DNA of 37,013 nt from Cytophagales bacterium (GTDB lineage Bacteria > Bacteroidota > Bacteroidia > Cytophagales > JAPOQI01): contig JAPOQI010000035.1 in NCBI GenBank assembly GCA_026710765.1, forward strand, positions 1 through 37,013, written 5' to 3'. The notes beneath the pieces were generated by a model, which saw only the letters and a list, made by a program, of their open reading frames with translations, did no database searches and was not told where the DNA came from. The position numbers and the translations under genes were made by a program. Within the stretch, counting starts at the first letter, position 1; each line of letters opens with the position of its first letter. This document shows, piece after piece, positions 25,361 through 36,106 of the stretch.

Positions 25361-26382
25361 ATTGAACTGCGATCATCCTCCTGGAGCCTATATTTAGACA
25401 CATCCATACCAAAAGAGAGTTCTTTTTCAGAAACCAATTCCTTTAACTCGGTCAACGATTTCTTCCCAAAATTTCTAAACTTCATAAGATCCTCAATCCG
25501 AAGCCTCACCATATCACCCAATGTCTTCACCTCAGCAGCCTTAAGACAATTATATGCTCGGGCTGAGAGATCAAGATGTTCTAGGGTTGTATTTAGAAGC
25601 TTTCGCATTCGGAGAACACTTTCATCTACAAACTCAGCTTCCTGATCCACATCTGCTCTCCATTCTGATCCTTTTTCAGAGAAGAGTCTCAAATGTTGGA
25701 CGAGAATTCCTGAGGCCCGATGCAAGGCCTCCCTGGGATGAATAGAACCATCCGTACTTAGCTCCACGGTCAACTTTTCGTAGTCCGTGCGACGCTCTAC
25801 ACGTGTATCTTCTACCAAATATTTGACATTTCTAATAGGTGTAAAAATAGCATCTACGGGTATTAATCCCACCTCATGTTGTCTCTCTTGAAAGGATTTA
25901 TGTTCTTCGGCAGGCACATAACCTCTTCCCCTTTGAACGGTCAACTCTAGTTGGAGATCCACAAATTTTTCCATGTGACAGATAAGTAAATCAGGATTTA
26001 GGATCTCATAGGCATTTGTAAATCTATAAATATCTCCTGCACGAAAAACATCTTGTCCCTGGATCCGCACGTTAATTTTCTCCGAATCAATCCCCTGTCC
26101 TGTACGTTTAAAACGTACCTCTTTCAGATTAAGAATTATTTCTGTCACATCTTCCACAATTCCTTTTATGGTAGAAAATTCGTGTAAGACACCGAGTGAA
26201 TCCTGAAATTTGACAGAAACAATGGCTGAGCCTTCTAGTGAGGACAACAAAACTCGTCTCAGTGCATTTCCGATGGTCACACCATATCCTTTTTCTAGAG
26301 GTTTAAAAACAAAAACACCGTGGGTATCCCCGTCCTGTTCCATCAAAACAGCATCTGGCATTTGAAAAGATAATGAAGACAT
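25357..26382 (-). CDS. rpoA: DNA-directed RNA polymerase subunit alpha
   Basis: [17 protein letters not shown] in the N-terminal domain and a C-terminal HhH domain ([22 protein letters not shown]). Sits in the alpha-operon position. Confidence 0.95.
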   Translation of the reverse strand: MSSLSFQMPDAVLMEQDGDTHGVFVFKPLEKGYGVTIGNALRRVLLSSLEGSAIVSVKFQDSLGVLHEFSTIKGIVEDVTEIILNLKEVRFKRTGQGIDSEKINVRIQGQDVFRAGDIYRFTNAYEILNPDLLICHMEKFVDLQLELTVQRGRGYVPAEEHKSFQERQHEVGLIPVDAIFTPIRNVKYLVEDTRVERRTDYEKLTVELSTDGSIHPREALHRASGILVQHLRLFSEKGSEWRADVDQEAEFVDESVLRMRKLLNTTLEHLDLSARAYNCLKAAEVKTLGDMVRLRIEDLMKFRNFGKKSLTELKELVSEKELSFGMDVSKYRLQEDDRSSI

Positions 26383-26442
26383 AGCTTTATATATAGGGTC
26401 TATATTTGGATAGAATTCAAAGATATTTTATTTAGAAATTGA

Positions 26443-27048
26443 TTATTTGGAATAGAGTTCAACAATTAATTGTTCCTTGATATTTTCTGCAATTTGTTCC
26501 CGGGTGGGCTTTGCAGCCATTCGGCCTGTGAAGGAGGACTCGTTCCATTCCAACCAATTGGGTCTTCCCTCAGCGTTTTCATTCAGACTTTCATGAATGA
26601 CCTGCCATTCCCGAGACGCCGGCCGAATACCTATGACATCTCCTTCTTTTAGGGTAAAAGAAGGAATATTAACCCCTTTCCCATTGACCAGGATGTGTCT
26701 ATGAGAAACCATTTGACGAGCTGAACGACGAGTAGGGGCTATTCCCAGACGAAATACCACATTATCCAATCGGCTTTCCAAGAGGATCAACAAGTTTTCT
26801 CCCGTAACTCCAGACATCCGTGAAGCTTCTTTGAAGAGATTTGAGAATTGGCGTTCTAGCAATCCGTAGGTATATTTAGCTTTTTGTTTCTCACCCAGTT
26901 GTATGGCATATTCAGAGGATCGTCTTCTTCGGCTTCTTCCGTGTTCTCCTGGGGGGTAGTTCTTTTTCTGCAAAGCCCTGCTGGGCCCAAAAACGGGTTC
27001 GCGAAACCGCCTAGATATCTTGACCCTAGGTCCCCTATAACGTGCCAT
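26443..27048 (-). CDS. rpsD: 30S ribosomal protein S4
   Basis: MARYRGPRVKISRR... and an S4 RNA-binding domain (RLDNVVFRLGIAPTRRSARQMVSHRHILVNG). Confidence 0.95.
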   Translation of the reverse strand: MARYRGPRVKISRRFREPVFGPSRALQKKNYPPGEHGRSRRRRSSEYAIQLGEKQKAKYTYGLLERQFSNLFKEASRMSGVTGENLLILLESRLDNVVFRLGIAPTRRSARQMVSHRHILVNGKGVNIPSFTLKEGDVIGIRPASREWQVIHESLNENAEGRPNWLEWNESSFTGRMAAKPTREQIAENIKEQLIVELYSK

Positions 27049-27146
27049 ATATCTTCCTCATCTCAAAAATATCTCTACACATAATCCATGCCATATTGTT
27101 TTAATTTTCCTTGAATCCATAGCATTTAACACCCACACATATTAAA

Positions 27147-27548
27147 CTATACCCGCCTCCGTTTCGCAGGACGACACCCATTATGGGGAACAGGTGTAAT
27201 ATCTTGAATAGACAATACCTCCAAACCAGCTCCCACAAGGGATCTAATCGCAGATTCTCTCCCAGACCCTGGTCCTTTTACATAAACATCCACCCGTCTC
27301 ACACCCCTCTCATAAGCCAATTTAGCACATCGCTCAGCTGCAACCTGTCCTGCATAAGGGGTACTTTTCTTAGAACCCTTAAATCCCATCTTCCCTGATG
27401 AAGACCAAGACACAACATCACCTCGTGAATTGGTAATCGTGACCAGAATATTATTAAAGGATGCCTTCACATATGCCCTACCCAATGGGCTAACCGAAAC
27501 CTTCAACACCTTTTTTCCTCTTGAAGACTTAGTTTGTTGAGTTGTCAT
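27147..27548 (-). CDS. rpsK: 30S ribosomal protein S11
   Basis: [30 protein letters not shown] and the C-terminal [13 protein letters not shown]. Confidence 0.95.
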   Translation of the reverse strand: MTTQQTKSSRGKKVLKVSVSPLGRAYVKASFNNILVTITNSRGDVVSWSSSGKMGFKGSKKSTPYAGQVAAERCAKLAYERGVRRVDVYVKGPGSGRESAIRSLVGAGLEVLSIQDITPVPHNGCRPAKRRRV

Positions 27549-27600
27549 AACAGATCAAATAGGGTTGTTGGGATTTTTGTATTTCAAAGAAGGGTTCATT

Positions 27601-27981
27601 TTATTTGGTTGCTTTCTTTTTATTCGGCACGGTTTTACGCCTACCCTTCCGTGTTCGGCAGTTATTTTTTGTCTTTTGACCCCTTACGGTCAGGCCTCTT
27701 CTGTGTCGGAGTCCGCGGTAGCATCCTATATCCAAAAGTCGTTTGATGCTGAGTTGAACCTCTCCCCGAAGGCTACCTTCTATCTTATAAGAATCACCTG
27801 CTAGACAAGATCTCACCGCGTTTATTTCCTTCTCAGACCAATCTTTTACCCTCTTATTAGGATCCACTCGGGCTTCTTTAAGTATTTTCTTGGCCACGCT
27901 ACGACCTACTCCATAGATTCGGAGAAGTGCAACCTCTCCTCGCTTGTGATCTAGAATCTCTACACCTGAAACACGTGCCAT
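27601..27981 (-). CDS. rpsM: 30S ribosomal protein S13
   Basis: MARVSGVEI... [12 protein letters not shown] ... [19 protein letters not shown]. Confidence 0.95.
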   Translation of the reverse strand: MARVSGVEILDHKRGEVALLRIYGVGRSVAKKILKEARVDPNKRVKDWSEKEINAVRSCLAGDSYKIEGSLRGEVQLSIKRLLDIGCYRGLRHRRGLTVRGQKTKNNCRTRKGRRKTVPNKKKATK

Positions 27982-27984
27982 ATC

Positions 27985-28101
27985 TTATCCTTGTCTTTGT
28001 TTGAACCTAGGATTTTTCTTATTGATCACGTAGACCCGACCCTTTCGCCGAACCACTTTGCAATCCTGGGTTCGCTTTTTCACGGATGCTCTAACCTTCA
28101 T
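27985..28101 (-). CDS. rpmJ: 50S ribosomal protein L36 (38 aa, one-cysteine form); absent from the ORF track
   Basis: The reverse complement reads ATG AAG GTT AGA GCA ..., giving [38 protein letters not shown] with a TAA stop. It sits between infA and rpsM as expected. Confidence 0.92.
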   Translation of the reverse strand: MKVRASVKKRTQDCKVVRRKGRVYVINKKNPRFKQRQG

Positions 28102-28327
28102 ATTCTCCTGGTCTATATCTATATACTATTCTTCCTTTGGTCAAATCGTAGGGGGAAATTTCCAATTTTACCTTATCACCAGGCAATATTTTAACATAAT
28201 ACATCCGCATTTTTCCCGATAAATGAGCCAACACAGTATGTTCATTCTTCAACTTCACCCTGAATCTAGCACTTGAAAGCGCCTCCAATATCTCTCCGTC
28301 CTGTTCTATGGATCCTTTTTTTCCCAT
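28091..28327 (-). CDS. infA: translation initiation factor IF-1
   Basis: S1-like OB fold: [65 protein letters not shown]. Confidence 0.95.
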   Translation of the reverse strand: MGKKGSIEQDGEILEALSSARFRVKLKNEHTVLAHLSGKMRMYYVKILPGDKVKLEISPYDLTKGRIVYRYRPGEYEG

Positions 28328-28337
28328 TGCAAAAAAC

Positions 28338-29651
28338 TTAGGTGGGTAAGGGTTGTCGTCCTGCCACCCGTCCTGATTCCATCAATCCATCATATCTCCT
28401 CACCAGCAAATGACTTTCAATTTGCTGTAAGGTATCCAAAACCACACCCACCATGATTAACAAAGAGGTTCCCCCATAAAATTGGGCAAACTCTTGTGAA
28501 ACACCCAACATAATGGCAAAAGCAGGAAGAACAGCTACACAAGCTAAAAATAGGGCCCCTGGGAACATAATGCGGGTTAAAATATTATCCATATAATTCG
28601 CCGTTTCCGTACCCGGACGAACACCCGGAATAAAACTACCATTTCTTTTCATATCCTCTGCCATCTGCTGTGGATTGACGGTCACGGCGGTATAGAAAAA
28701 GGTAAATATCACGATCAGGAGTCCATATGCCAGATTATATTGCCAGGAAGTAATATCCGAGAAAGTGGTTCCCACATATTGTGCCAGATCGCTCTCCTCT
28801 GCCCACACACCACTTATCATGGCAGGTAAAAACATCAAAGACTGTGCAAAGATAATGGGCATGACACCCGCTGAGTTCACACGAAGAGGAAGATATTGTC
28901 GTTGTCCCCCATAGGTCCGAGAACCCATCACCTGCTTAACATACTGAACAGGCACCCGACGAACACCCTGGGTAAGCATGACCACAAACATCACCACAAA
29001 AAATAAAAGCACCATTTCTATCAAAAAGAATAAAGCCTGTCCCATACCCCGAGACAAAAATTCAGCCGTCAAACCTCCTGGGAACCGAGAAATAATCCCT
29101 ATCATAATCAGCATGGAAATTCCATTTCCAATACCCTTCTCCGTAATCCGTTCCCCCAACCACATACAAAATACGGTCCCTGAGCTAAGAATGATTGCGG
29201 TAGAAAAGGTGAACAGGGTCGTATTCTCCACCATGATGGCTTCAGAAGGAATGGTAGAGGTGGTATAGGCGACCGCCTGTACAAAAGCCACTGCCACGGC
29301 TAAAAGTCGTGTATACTGGGTAATCCGAGCCCTCCCACTTTCACCTTCCCGTTGAATACGTTGAAAATAGGGTACCGCAACCGTGAGGAGTTGAAAGACA
29401 ATGGAAGCCGAAATATAGGGCATGATACCCAATGCCAAAATAGAAGCATTGCTAAAAGCACCCCCAAGGAGGGTATCCAAAAGACCGAAAATACCCTCTG
29501 CCTTCTCCGACAAACGATTGGGATCCACCCCAGGTAACACAATATAGGAGCCCAGTCTGAATATCATAATGAAAAAAAGCGTATTGAGAATACGTTCCCT
29601 GAGCTCCTCCACAGAAAAAATATTACGTAGAGTGATGAACAGCCTTTTCAT
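28338..29651 (-). CDS. secY: preprotein translocase subunit SecY
   Basis: Ten-TM profile. [28 protein letters not shown] and the C-terminal [15 protein letters not shown]. Confidence 0.95.
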   Translation of the reverse strand: MKRLFITLRNIFSVEELRERILNTLFFIMIFRLGSYIVLPGVDPNRLSEKAEGIFGLLDTLLGGAFSNASILALGIMPYISASIVFQLLTVAVPYFQRIQREGESGRARITQYTRLLAVAVAFVQAVAYTTSTIPSEAIMVENTTLFTFSTAIILSSGTVFCMWLGERITEKGIGNGISMLIMIGIISRFPGGLTAEFLSRGMGQALFFLIEMVLLFFVVMFVVMLTQGVRRVPVQYVKQVMGSRTYGGQRQYLPLRVNSAGVMPIIFAQSLMFLPAMISGVWAEESDLAQYVGTTFSDITSWQYNLAYGLLIVIFTFFYTAVTVNPQQMAEDMKRNGSFIPGVRPGTETANYMDNILTRIMFPGALFLACVAVLPAFAIMLGVSQEFAQFYGGTSLLIMVGVVLDTLQQIESHLLVRRYDGLMESGRVAGRQPLPT

Positions 29652-30097
29652 GAGATCTCTTCTACCTTGGAAGACGATTTTTCCAATTTTTCCCTAGCTG
29701 AGGAAGAAAAAGCGTGGGCTGCGAGGGTAATTTTTGTCTTGATTTCTCCTCTCCCCAGAATTTTAATCTTATCTTTTTTATGTGCCAGACCATTCTCTAC
29801 AAAGATCTTAGGATCCACGTGGGTCAATCCTTTTCGCTCCACCAAAGATTGGATCACGTCCAAATCAATACCCCTTTCGCGGACGCGGGAAGATATGGTG
29901 AATCCGAAGCGGGGAATACGTCGTTGGAGGGGTTGTTGTCCTCCTTCAAAGCCAAATCTGCGTTTATAGCCTGATCGGGATTGTGCTCCTTTATGTCCTC
30001 GGGTAGAGGTTCCTCCTCGTCCGGAACCCTGACCTCTAGCCAGACGTTTGGACTTTTTAACCGAACCGGGTGCAAATCTCAAATTATGCAGCTCCAT
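29648..30097 (-). CDS. rplO: 50S ribosomal protein L15
   Basis: [27 protein letters not shown]. 4-nt overlap with secY. Confidence 0.93.
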   Translation of the reverse strand: MELHNLRFAPGSVKKSKRLARGQGSGRGGTSTRGHKGAQSRSGYKRRFGFEGGQQPLQRRIPRFGFTISSRVRERGIDLDVIQSLVERKGLTHVDPKIFVENGLAHKKDKIKILGRGEIKTKITLAAHAFSSSAREKLEKSSSKVEEIS

Positions 30098-30101
30098 ACT
30101 T

Positions 30102-30293
30102 TCAACTGATCTTCTGAACCTCTACTAGATGATGAACTTTCCGAATCATACCTTCTATGGGTGCCGAGGCCTCCTTCTCCACACAGCTTCCTATTCTTTT
30201 CAAACCCAATGCCTGAAGGGTATCCTTCTGCCTCTTGGGACGATTTATTGCACTCCTAAGTTGTTTGATTCTGATTTTCTTTGTCTTAACCAT
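30102..30293 (-). CDS. rpmD: 50S ribosomal protein L30
   Basis: [29 protein letters not shown]; operon position. Confidence 0.9.
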   Translation of the reverse strand: MVKTKKIRIKQLRSAINRPKRQKDTLQALGLKRIGSCVEKEASAPIEGMIRKVHHLVEVQKIS

Positions 30294-30294
30294 T

Positions 30295-30810
30295 CTATCC
30301 TAATACTTTTTCCAAGGGGACCCTTCGTTGTTTAGCTATGGTTCGGGCATCTCGCATGTCTGCCAAGGCATAGAAGGTGGCTTTGACCACATTATGCGGG
30401 TTTGAGGAACCCTTGGATTTTGCCAAACAATCCTGAACCCCTGCACTTTCCAAAACAGCCCGCATACCCCCACCAGCTATCAAACCCGTACCCGGTGACG
30501 CAGGTCTAACATATACACGTCCCCCCCCAAACTTACCATATAACTCATGGGGGATGGTACCTCCTATCAAGGGTACCCGAATCAGGTTCTTCTTTGCATT
30601 CTCAATTCCCTTGGTGATCGCATCCGTAGCCTCATTGGCTTTCCCAAGACCATAGCCTACGACCCCACTCTTATCCCCTATCACCACAACCGCAGAAAAA
30701 CTAAACCTGCGACCCCCCTTCACAACCTTCACTACCCGAGATACCTTCACCACTTTCTCCTTCAACTCTATCTCGGAAGACCTAAGTCGCTCTATACCTG
30801 ACTCATCCAT
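30295..30810 (-). CDS. rpsE: 30S ribosomal protein S5
   Basis: [36 protein letters not shown]. Confidence 0.95.
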   Translation of the reverse strand: MDESGIERLRSSEIELKEKVVKVSRVVKVVKGGRRFSFSAVVVIGDKSGVVGYGLGKANEATDAITKGIENAKKNLIRVPLIGGTIPHELYGKFGGGRVYVRPASPGTGLIAGGGMRAVLESAGVQDCLAKSKGSSNPHNVVKATFYALADMRDARTIAKQRRVPLEKVLG

Positions 30811-30824
30811 ATTTTATCAATTTA

Positions 30825-31181
30825 TCAAAATACAAGACCCGCCTTTCGGGCACCTTCTGCTATGGCTTTCACCTTTCCATGATAGGGATAACCACCCCGG
30901 TCAAACACAATCTTCTGAATCCCCTTCTCCAAAACCCTTTCTCCAAGCTTCAAACCTATTTTCTCACAAATAGAAACATTGGTCCCGAGCTTATTTATTT
31001 CACGAGAAGAAGCGTGTACCAATGTTTGACCCTGAACATCATCCACCACCTGAACATATACCGATCTATTGCTCTTAAAAACACAAACCCGTGGTCTATC
31101 AGGGGTTCCCCACAGTTTTTTCCTGATCCGACGACGGCTAGCCCAACGGCTTATATACTTCTTTTTCGTATTGGCTCCCAC
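30825..31181 (-). CDS. rplR: 50S ribosomal protein L18
   Basis: RRRIRKKLWGTPDRPRVCVFKSNRSVYVQVVDD ... FDRGGYPYHGKVKAIAEGARKAGL. Confidence 0.95.
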   Translation of the reverse strand: MGANTKKKYISRWASRRRIRKKLWGTPDRPRVCVFKSNRSVYVQVVDDVQGQTLVHASSREINKLGTNVSICEKIGLKLGERVLEKGIQKIVFDRGGYPYHGKVKAIAEGARKAGLVF

Positions 31182-31203
31182 GCTATCCTTTATTTACTTT
31201 GTT

Positions 31204-31779
31204 TTATTTTTTTGCTGTTTTTCCTGCTTTTCTTCGGACTTGTTCGTTTAGGTATCTAATTCCTTTTCCTTTATAGGGTTCTACTTTGCGGAGTGATCTC
31301 AGTTTGGCGGCTACTTTTCCCACTAATTCCTTATCTATGCTTTCCAATTTAATACGCGGATTATTATTACCCCCTCTTCCCTTGGGGGTCTCAGCAGATA
31401 CCTTCACCTCTTCGGGCATAACAAAATAGATCGGATGAGAATAACCCAGGTGGAGTTCCAAAATATTTTTCTGCACACTCGCCTTATATCCAACCCCAAC
31501 CACTTCCAACTCCCGAACATATCCCTCAGAAACTCCTACAACCATTCCGTGTATTAAGGATCTATATAATCCGTGCAAGGCTTTATGATGTTTTTGATCG
31601 GTGGGACGGGATACCACAATATGGGTTGAACCCGAGAGATCCTTTTTTTCTACCTTGATATTAGGATCTATTTCTCTGGAAAGCCCACCCTTCGTACCCT
31701 TCACATGGAGTACCCGACCCTCTATGCGAATCTCTACACCCGAAGGAACCAATACAGGATTCCCACCTACCCTAGACAT
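31204..31779 (-). CDS. rplF: 50S ribosomal protein L6
   Basis: MSRVGGNPVLVPSGVEI... EVVGVGYKA... YKGKGIRY. Confidence 0.95.
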   Translation of the reverse strand: MSRVGGNPVLVPSGVEIRIEGRVLHVKGTKGGLSREIDPNIKVEKKDLSGSTHIVVSRPTDQKHHKALHGLYRSLIHGMVVGVSEGYVRELEVVGVGYKASVQKNILELHLGYSHPIYFVMPEEVKVSAETPKGRGGNNNPRIKLESIDKELVGKVAAKLRSLRKVEPYKGKGIRYLNEQVRRKAGKTAKK

Positions 31780-31809
31780 ATAAAAACTCTATTTTCACCC
31801 ATCCTAAAC

Positions 31810-32208
31810 CTAATATACATAGCACAAAACCTCTCCACCCAAACCCCGTTTGAGCGCCTCTTTATTAGACATAACACCCTTGGAAGTAGATAAAATAGCA
31901 ATGCCTAGCCCATTCAAAACCCTGGGCATATCCCGCAAACCCACATATTTCCGAAGACCTGGACGACTCACCCGAGAAAGAGAAACGATAGCAGCCTTCT
32001 TCGTAACAGGGTCTCGTCGGAGGGCTATTTTCAAAATACCCTGTTTATTATCAGGAATGAATTTATAATTGGACACGAATCCCCGATCTTTCAGCACCTC
32101 CGTCATACGTTCCTTCAATCGGGAAGACGGCATTTCAAGTACCCGATGACCTGCCCTCACCGCATTTCTAATACGGGTTAAATAGTCTGCTATGGGATCA
32201 GAATACAC
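31810..32208 (-). CDS. rpsH: 30S ribosomal protein S8 (GTG start)
   Basis: MYSDPIADYLTRIRNA... ILSTSKGVMSNKEA...GGEVLCYVY. The start codon at 32206-32208 reads GTG on the minus strand. Confidence 0.95.
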   Translation of the reverse strand: MYSDPIADYLTRIRNAVRAGHRVLEMPSSRLKERMTEVLKDRGFVSNYKFIPDNKQGILKIALRRDPVTKKAAIVSLSRVSRPGLRKYVGLRDMPRVLNGLGIAILSTSKGVMSNKEALKRGLGGEVLCYVY

Positions 32209-32284
32209 CTAGGTCTCTTTTTTCAATCATATAAAAAACATTTACGAGTTTTGCAAAGGTAGGAAAAAAACACATATAGTTATC

Positions 32285-32554
32285 CTACCAACTCGTCTTT
32301 TTTACGCCAGGAATTTTACCATCCGAAGCCATATCTCTAAAAATAATCCGACAGACACCAAATCTGCGAATATACCCACGGGAACGACCCGTCAACCCAC
32401 ACCTATTTACATATCTGACAGGTGAAGCATTTCGGGGAAGTCTGTCCAGGGCCTCATAATCGCCTTTCTGCTTCAAAATTTTGCGGCGTTCCGCATACTT
32501 CTCTATCATTTCCTTACGTTTCCTATTCCGGACGACAACAGATAATTTTGCCAT
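32285..32554 (-). CDS. rpsN: 30S ribosomal protein S14 (long, 89-aa form)
   Basis: [20 protein letters not shown]... [51 protein letters not shown]. Confidence 0.95.
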   Translation of the reverse strand: MAKLSVVVRNRKRKEMIEKYAERRKILKQKGDYEALDRLPRNASPVRYVNRCGLTGRSRGYIRRFGVCRIIFRDMASDGKIPGVKKTSW

Positions 32555-32595
32555 AAAATCAATAATTCAGCATGAGTAGTCTAATAAAACATGTT

Positions 32596-33144
32596 TCAGT
32601 TTTCCCGAAAAGGGAAGCCAAAAGCCTTGAGTAATGCCAACCCTTCTTCATCATTTCGTGCCGTGGTCACAAAACTAACATCTATCCCAGATACCTTATC
32701 TACCTTATCTATGCTGATCTCAGGAAATATAATTTGTTCTTTCAAACCTAGGGTGCAATTACCCCGACCATCAAAACACCTAGGATCTATTCCCTGAAAA
32801 TCCCTGACACGGGGAAGTGCAACCGCTATGAGCCGATCTAGAAATTCATACATCCTATCCCTGCGAAGGGTTACCTTAACTCCGATCGGGACGCCTTCTC
32901 GGAGTTTAAAATTAGAAACCGATCTTCTAGCCTTAGTCTCTACGGCTCGTTGTCCAACTATTAATGAGATCTCCCCTATCGCCTTCTCTACAGCCTTCTT
33001 ATCTGAGACAGCCTCCCCTACACCTCTGTTCAAGCAAATTTTTACCAAACGAGGAACCTCCATAACTGATCTATATCCTCTTTCTTTTTTCAAAGAAGAC
33101 AGAATCTCTACCTTATATTTCTCCTTAAGTCTGGGTGTATACAT
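32596..33144 (-). CDS. rplE: 50S ribosomal protein L5
   Basis: [36 protein letters not shown] matches the usual L5 N-terminus. I therefore prefer the ATG at 33144 over the upstream in-frame ATGs at 33174 and 33201. Confidence 0.9.
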   Translation of the reverse strand: MYTPRLKEKYKVEILSSLKKERGYRSVMEVPRLVKICLNRGVGEAVSDKKAVEKAIGEISLIVGQRAVETKARRSVSNFKLREGVPIGVKVTLRRDRMYEFLDRLIAVALPRVRDFQGIDPRCFDGRGNCTLGLKEQIIFPEISIDKVDKVSGIDVSFVTTARNDEEGLALLKAFGFPFREN

Positions 33145-33475
33145 CGGGTATGGGTTTACCTGAGCGCTTTGCATATCTTTGTCTTTTCTTCTTTTCTTCA
33201 TCCCACCTGCGTCCGACTCGGGTTGTCTTAGCGGTTTCTTTATCTATTAAGGCAAGATTACTGATATGAATTCCTGCTTCTTTCTTATCTATTCGTCCAT
33301 TCGGATCCTGTTTGGAGGACTTGATATATTTGGTTTGCTGTTGAACGCCTTCCAGAACAGCTTGATAGCGGGAGGGGATCACCCGTAAAACCTTAGCTTC
33401 TTTTCCTTTACTGTTTCCCGAGATCACTCGTACTATGTCTCCTCGTTGTATATGTATCTTTCGGGGTGTTTTCAT
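33125..33475 (-). CDS. rplX: 50S ribosomal protein L24
   Basis: KOW motif [24 protein letters not shown]; operon position. Confidence 0.93.
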   Translation of the reverse strand: MKTPRKIHIQRGDIVRVISGNSKGKEAKVLRVIPSRYQAVLEGVQQQTKYIKSSKQDPNGRIDKKEAGIHISNLALIDKETAKTTRVGRRWDEEKKKRQRYAKRSGKPIPDVYTQT

Positions 33476-33487
33476 TTCAGTTTCATA

Positions 33488-33856
33488 TCAAAGGACCTCG
33501 GGTGCTAAGGAAATGATTTTCATAAATCGTTTTTCTCTGAGTTCCCGGGCTACAGGACCAAAAATACGGGTTCCACGGGGTTCATCATTTGCGTTGAGAA
33601 GAACTACCGCATTGTCTCCAAAACGTATATACATACCGTCCTTCCGCCGGATCTCTTTGCGAGACCGAACCACCACAGCTCGAGAAATGGTTCCTTTTTT
33701 CATACCACTAGAGGAAAAAGCAGACTTAACCGTAACCACCACCTTGTCTCCCACACGTGCATATCTTCGGCGGGTACCCCCCAGTACGCGAATGCACAAA
33801 ACCTCCTTGGCACCACTATTATCCGCAACCTTTACCCTAGATTCTTGTTGTATCAT
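33488..33856 (-). CDS. rplN: 50S ribosomal protein L14
   Basis: [27 protein letters not shown]. Confidence 0.96.
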   Translation of the reverse strand: MIQQESRVKVADNSGAKEVLCIRVLGGTRRRYARVGDKVVVTVKSAFSSSGMKKGTISRAVVVRSRKEIRRKDGMYIRFGDNAVVLLNANDEPRGTRIFGPVARELREKRFMKIISLAPEVL

Positions 33857-33863
33857 CAGAATT

Positions 33864-34115
33864 TCACTTAGAACTAAGCAATATTTCAGCCAAATACCAT
33901 CTCTTTCTACGACTCAAAGGACGAGTCTCCATAATGCGAACCGTATCTCCTATATGCGATTTATTCTCCGCATCATGGGCCATAAATCGGGAGGTACGAC
34001 CTATAAATTTCCCATACCTAGGATGCTTGACCTTTCGTTTCACCTCCACCACCACAGACTTATCCATCTTATCGCTCACCACAATCCCTACCTTTTGTTT
34101 TCTCAGCGCTCTCAT
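33864..34115 (-). CDS. rpsQ: 30S ribosomal protein S17
   Basis: [30 protein letters not shown]... [27 protein letters not shown]. Confidence 0.94.
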   Translation of the reverse strand: MRALRKQKVGIVVSDKMDKSVVVEVKRKVKHPRYGKFIGRTSRFMAHDAENKSHIGDTVRIMETRPLSRRKRWYLAEILLSSK

Positions 34116-34118
34116 AAC

Positions 34119-34364
34119 TCAGTTAATTCTGTGTTTTTCTGATTTTTCTATTAGTGGCTTAGATAGTTCCTCTTGTCTTTTCTTTCCAATCTGCGTTAAA
34201 AGACGTGCTATACCCCTACGAGCCTCCCGTATACGGATAGGATTAGATAGTGGAGAAACCTCATGGGAAAAGCGAAGACGGGAAAGATGTTCTCTATCCT
34301 GTTTGAGCTTCTCTTCCATGTCTCTCAGCGTGAGCGTTTTAAACTCATCGGTTTTCTTATTCAT
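34119..34364 (-). CDS. rpmC: 50S ribosomal protein L29
   Basis: LTLRDMEEKLKQDREHLSRLRFSHEVSPLSNPIRIREARRGIARLLT. Confidence 0.9.
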   Translation of the reverse strand: MNKKTDEFKTLTLRDMEEKLKQDREHLSRLRFSHEVSPLSNPIRIREARRGIARLLTQIGKKRQEELSKPLIEKSEKHRIN

Positions 34365-34438
34365 CTACTCTCCCCAACTATTATAACTTCCATTTATCAA
34401 ATATCTTCCAAAACAATAGTCCATCTCATTAAGATATA

Positions 34439-34861
34439 TCATATAGTCACCAAATCTCTACGAATAGCAAATCGGGTCTTAACTGGTAATTTCTGGGAGG
34501 CCAGCCGAAGGGCTTCTCGGGCATCCCGTTGTGGAACACCACTCAGTTCAAACATTAACGTACCTGGCTTCACCACGGCAACCCAATATTCAGGATTTCC
34601 TTTCCCCTTCCCCATCCGTACCTCTGCGGGCTTTTTGGTAATGGGTTTATCTGGAAATATTCTGATCCACACTTGTCCTTCTCGTTTAACATGTCTTGTG
34701 AGTGCTATTCTGGCAGCCTCTATTTGTCGGGATGTGATCCATCCGGGTTCTAGAGATTTAATCCCATATTCTCCAAAGGAGAGGGTATAGCCGCGCTGGG
34801 CTATACCCTTTACCCGTCCCTTCTGTTTTTTTCTATACTTTGTTCGCTTAGGCTGTAGCAT
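34439..34861 (-). CDS. rplP: 50S ribosomal protein L16
   Basis: [19 protein letters not shown]... [19 protein letters not shown]. Confidence 0.96.
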   Translation of the reverse strand: MLQPKRTKYRKKQKGRVKGIAQRGYTLSFGEYGIKSLEPGWITSRQIEAARIALTRHVKREGQVWIRIFPDKPITKKPAEVRMGKGKGNPEYWVAVVKPGTLMFELSGVPQRDAREALRLASQKLPVKTRFAIRRDLVTI

Positions 34862-34867
34862 GAGTTC

Positions 34868-35599
34868 TTATTCGGGGCGTCTTTCTCTATTTTCAGTTTT
34901 CCAAGTATTACCACGGTTCCATCCGCTAGAACTGGGTCCGGAAGAGGGGGACTCAGGACGAATATCTTGCCATTTCTGATAAATCTCTCCCTTGTAGATC
35001 CACACCTTAACCCCTATTTTTCCATAAATGGTGTAAGACTCCCTGAAAGCATAACCTATGTTAGCCCGAAAGGTATGAAGCGGAATCCGACCCTCTTTAT
35101 ACTTCTCCGAACGAGCCATCTCAGCCCCACCCAGGCGTCCCGAAACCTTGATCTTAATACCCCGAGCACCTGCCCGAATGGCAGAAGAAATAGCTTGCTT
35201 CATAGAACGTTTATGAGAAATCCTGGCACGTAATTGTTGTGCGACCGAATCTGCTACCAAACCCGCATCTGTCTCTGCCCGCTTGATTTCCATAATATTG
35301 AGTTTAACCTCCCTGCCTGTTAGTTTCTGTAAATGATCCCTCAACTTGTCTATCTCTGCCCCACCCTTCCCGATCACAATTCCAGCACGTGCTGTATGAA
35401 TCGCGATGGTGATTCTATTTTCCATCCGTTCTATGAATATCCGAGATATAGAGGCTTGGGGTACATAGGACTGTATGTATTTCCTAATCTTATGATCTTC
35501 TATCAACCAGTCTCCAAAAAGTCTGCCCCCATACCAAACAGATTCCCACTCCTTGATAATACCCAAACGTAGTCCTATTGGATTGACCTTCTGTCCCAT
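34868..35599 (-). CDS. rpsC: 30S ribosomal protein S3
   Basis: [14 protein letters not shown]... KH domain [15 protein letters not shown] ... [28 protein letters not shown]. Confidence 0.96.
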   Translation of the reverse strand: MGQKVNPIGLRLGIIKEWESVWYGGRLFGDWLIEDHKIRKYIQSYVPQASISRIFIERMENRITIAIHTARAGIVIGKGGAEIDKLRDHLQKLTGREVKLNIMEIKRAETDAGLVADSVAQQLRARISHKRSMKQAISSAIRAGARGIKIKVSGRLGGAEMARSEKYKEGRIPLHTFRANIGYAFRESYTIYGKIGVKVWIYKGEIYQKWQDIRPESPSSGPSSSGWNRGNTWKTENRERRPE

Positions 35600-35603
35600 A
35601 TTT

Positions 35604-36104
35604 TTATGCAGATACCTTTTTCTTAGCCCCTTTCTTTATCTGTTTCTTCTTCTCAACCTTCTTCTCAGCTGTGGCTGATCCTTTTGTTTTGGCAGTCTTA
35701 TCTATCTTTTTCTTTTCCTCGGAAAGACCTTTTTTATCTACCGACTTAGATATCTCTGAACCGGGTGTCACATCCAAGACGAGGCGTACCTGACTATACC
35801 GCTTCCGTATCCGATGTGCCCTCCCCTGGGGTGCAGGACGAAATCTTTTTAAGGTCCGACCCGCACCCACATCAACAGATGAAACATATAAACTTTTCTC
35901 CTCTATGGACTCATCTTGATGCCGATCTTGCCAATTAGCTAAACAAGACAGTAAAAGTTTTTCAATAGCTATGGTATGTGGGCTGGAAAGAAATTTCAAA
36001 TTTTCCAAAGCATCCGTCACACCCACCCCCCGTATCAACTCCACCAGCTTAGACACCTTGCGAGGCGAAACGGGAAAATTTCTGAGTACGGCAACAGCTT
36101 TCAC
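35604..36104 (-). CDS. rplV: 50S ribosomal protein L22 with Lys-rich C-terminal tail
   Basis: [15 protein letters not shown]... [29 protein letters not shown]. Confidence 0.94.
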   Translation of the reverse strand: MKAVAVLRNFPVSPRKVSKLVELIRGVGVTDALENLKFLSSPHTIAIEKLLLSCLANWQDRHQDESIEEKSLYVSSVDVGAGRTLKRFRPAPQGRAHRIRKRYSQVRLVLDVTPGSEISKSVDKKGLSEEKKKIDKTAKTKGSATAEKKVEKKKQIKKGAKKKVSA

Positions 36105-36106
36105 AA

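Noticed and set aside
33435-34142. 235-aa plus-strand ORF spanning rplX, rplN, rpsQ and the edge of rpmC in antisense
   Set aside because: It is exactly antisense to four well-supported ribosomal protein genes. The product is Ser/Arg/Thr/Leu low-complexity sequence with no motif. Lys/Arg-rich genes (AAR/CGN codons) read stop-poor in antisense, so long shadow ORFs are expected there. The same reasoning applies to 34263-34790, 32828-33163 and 30879-31259.
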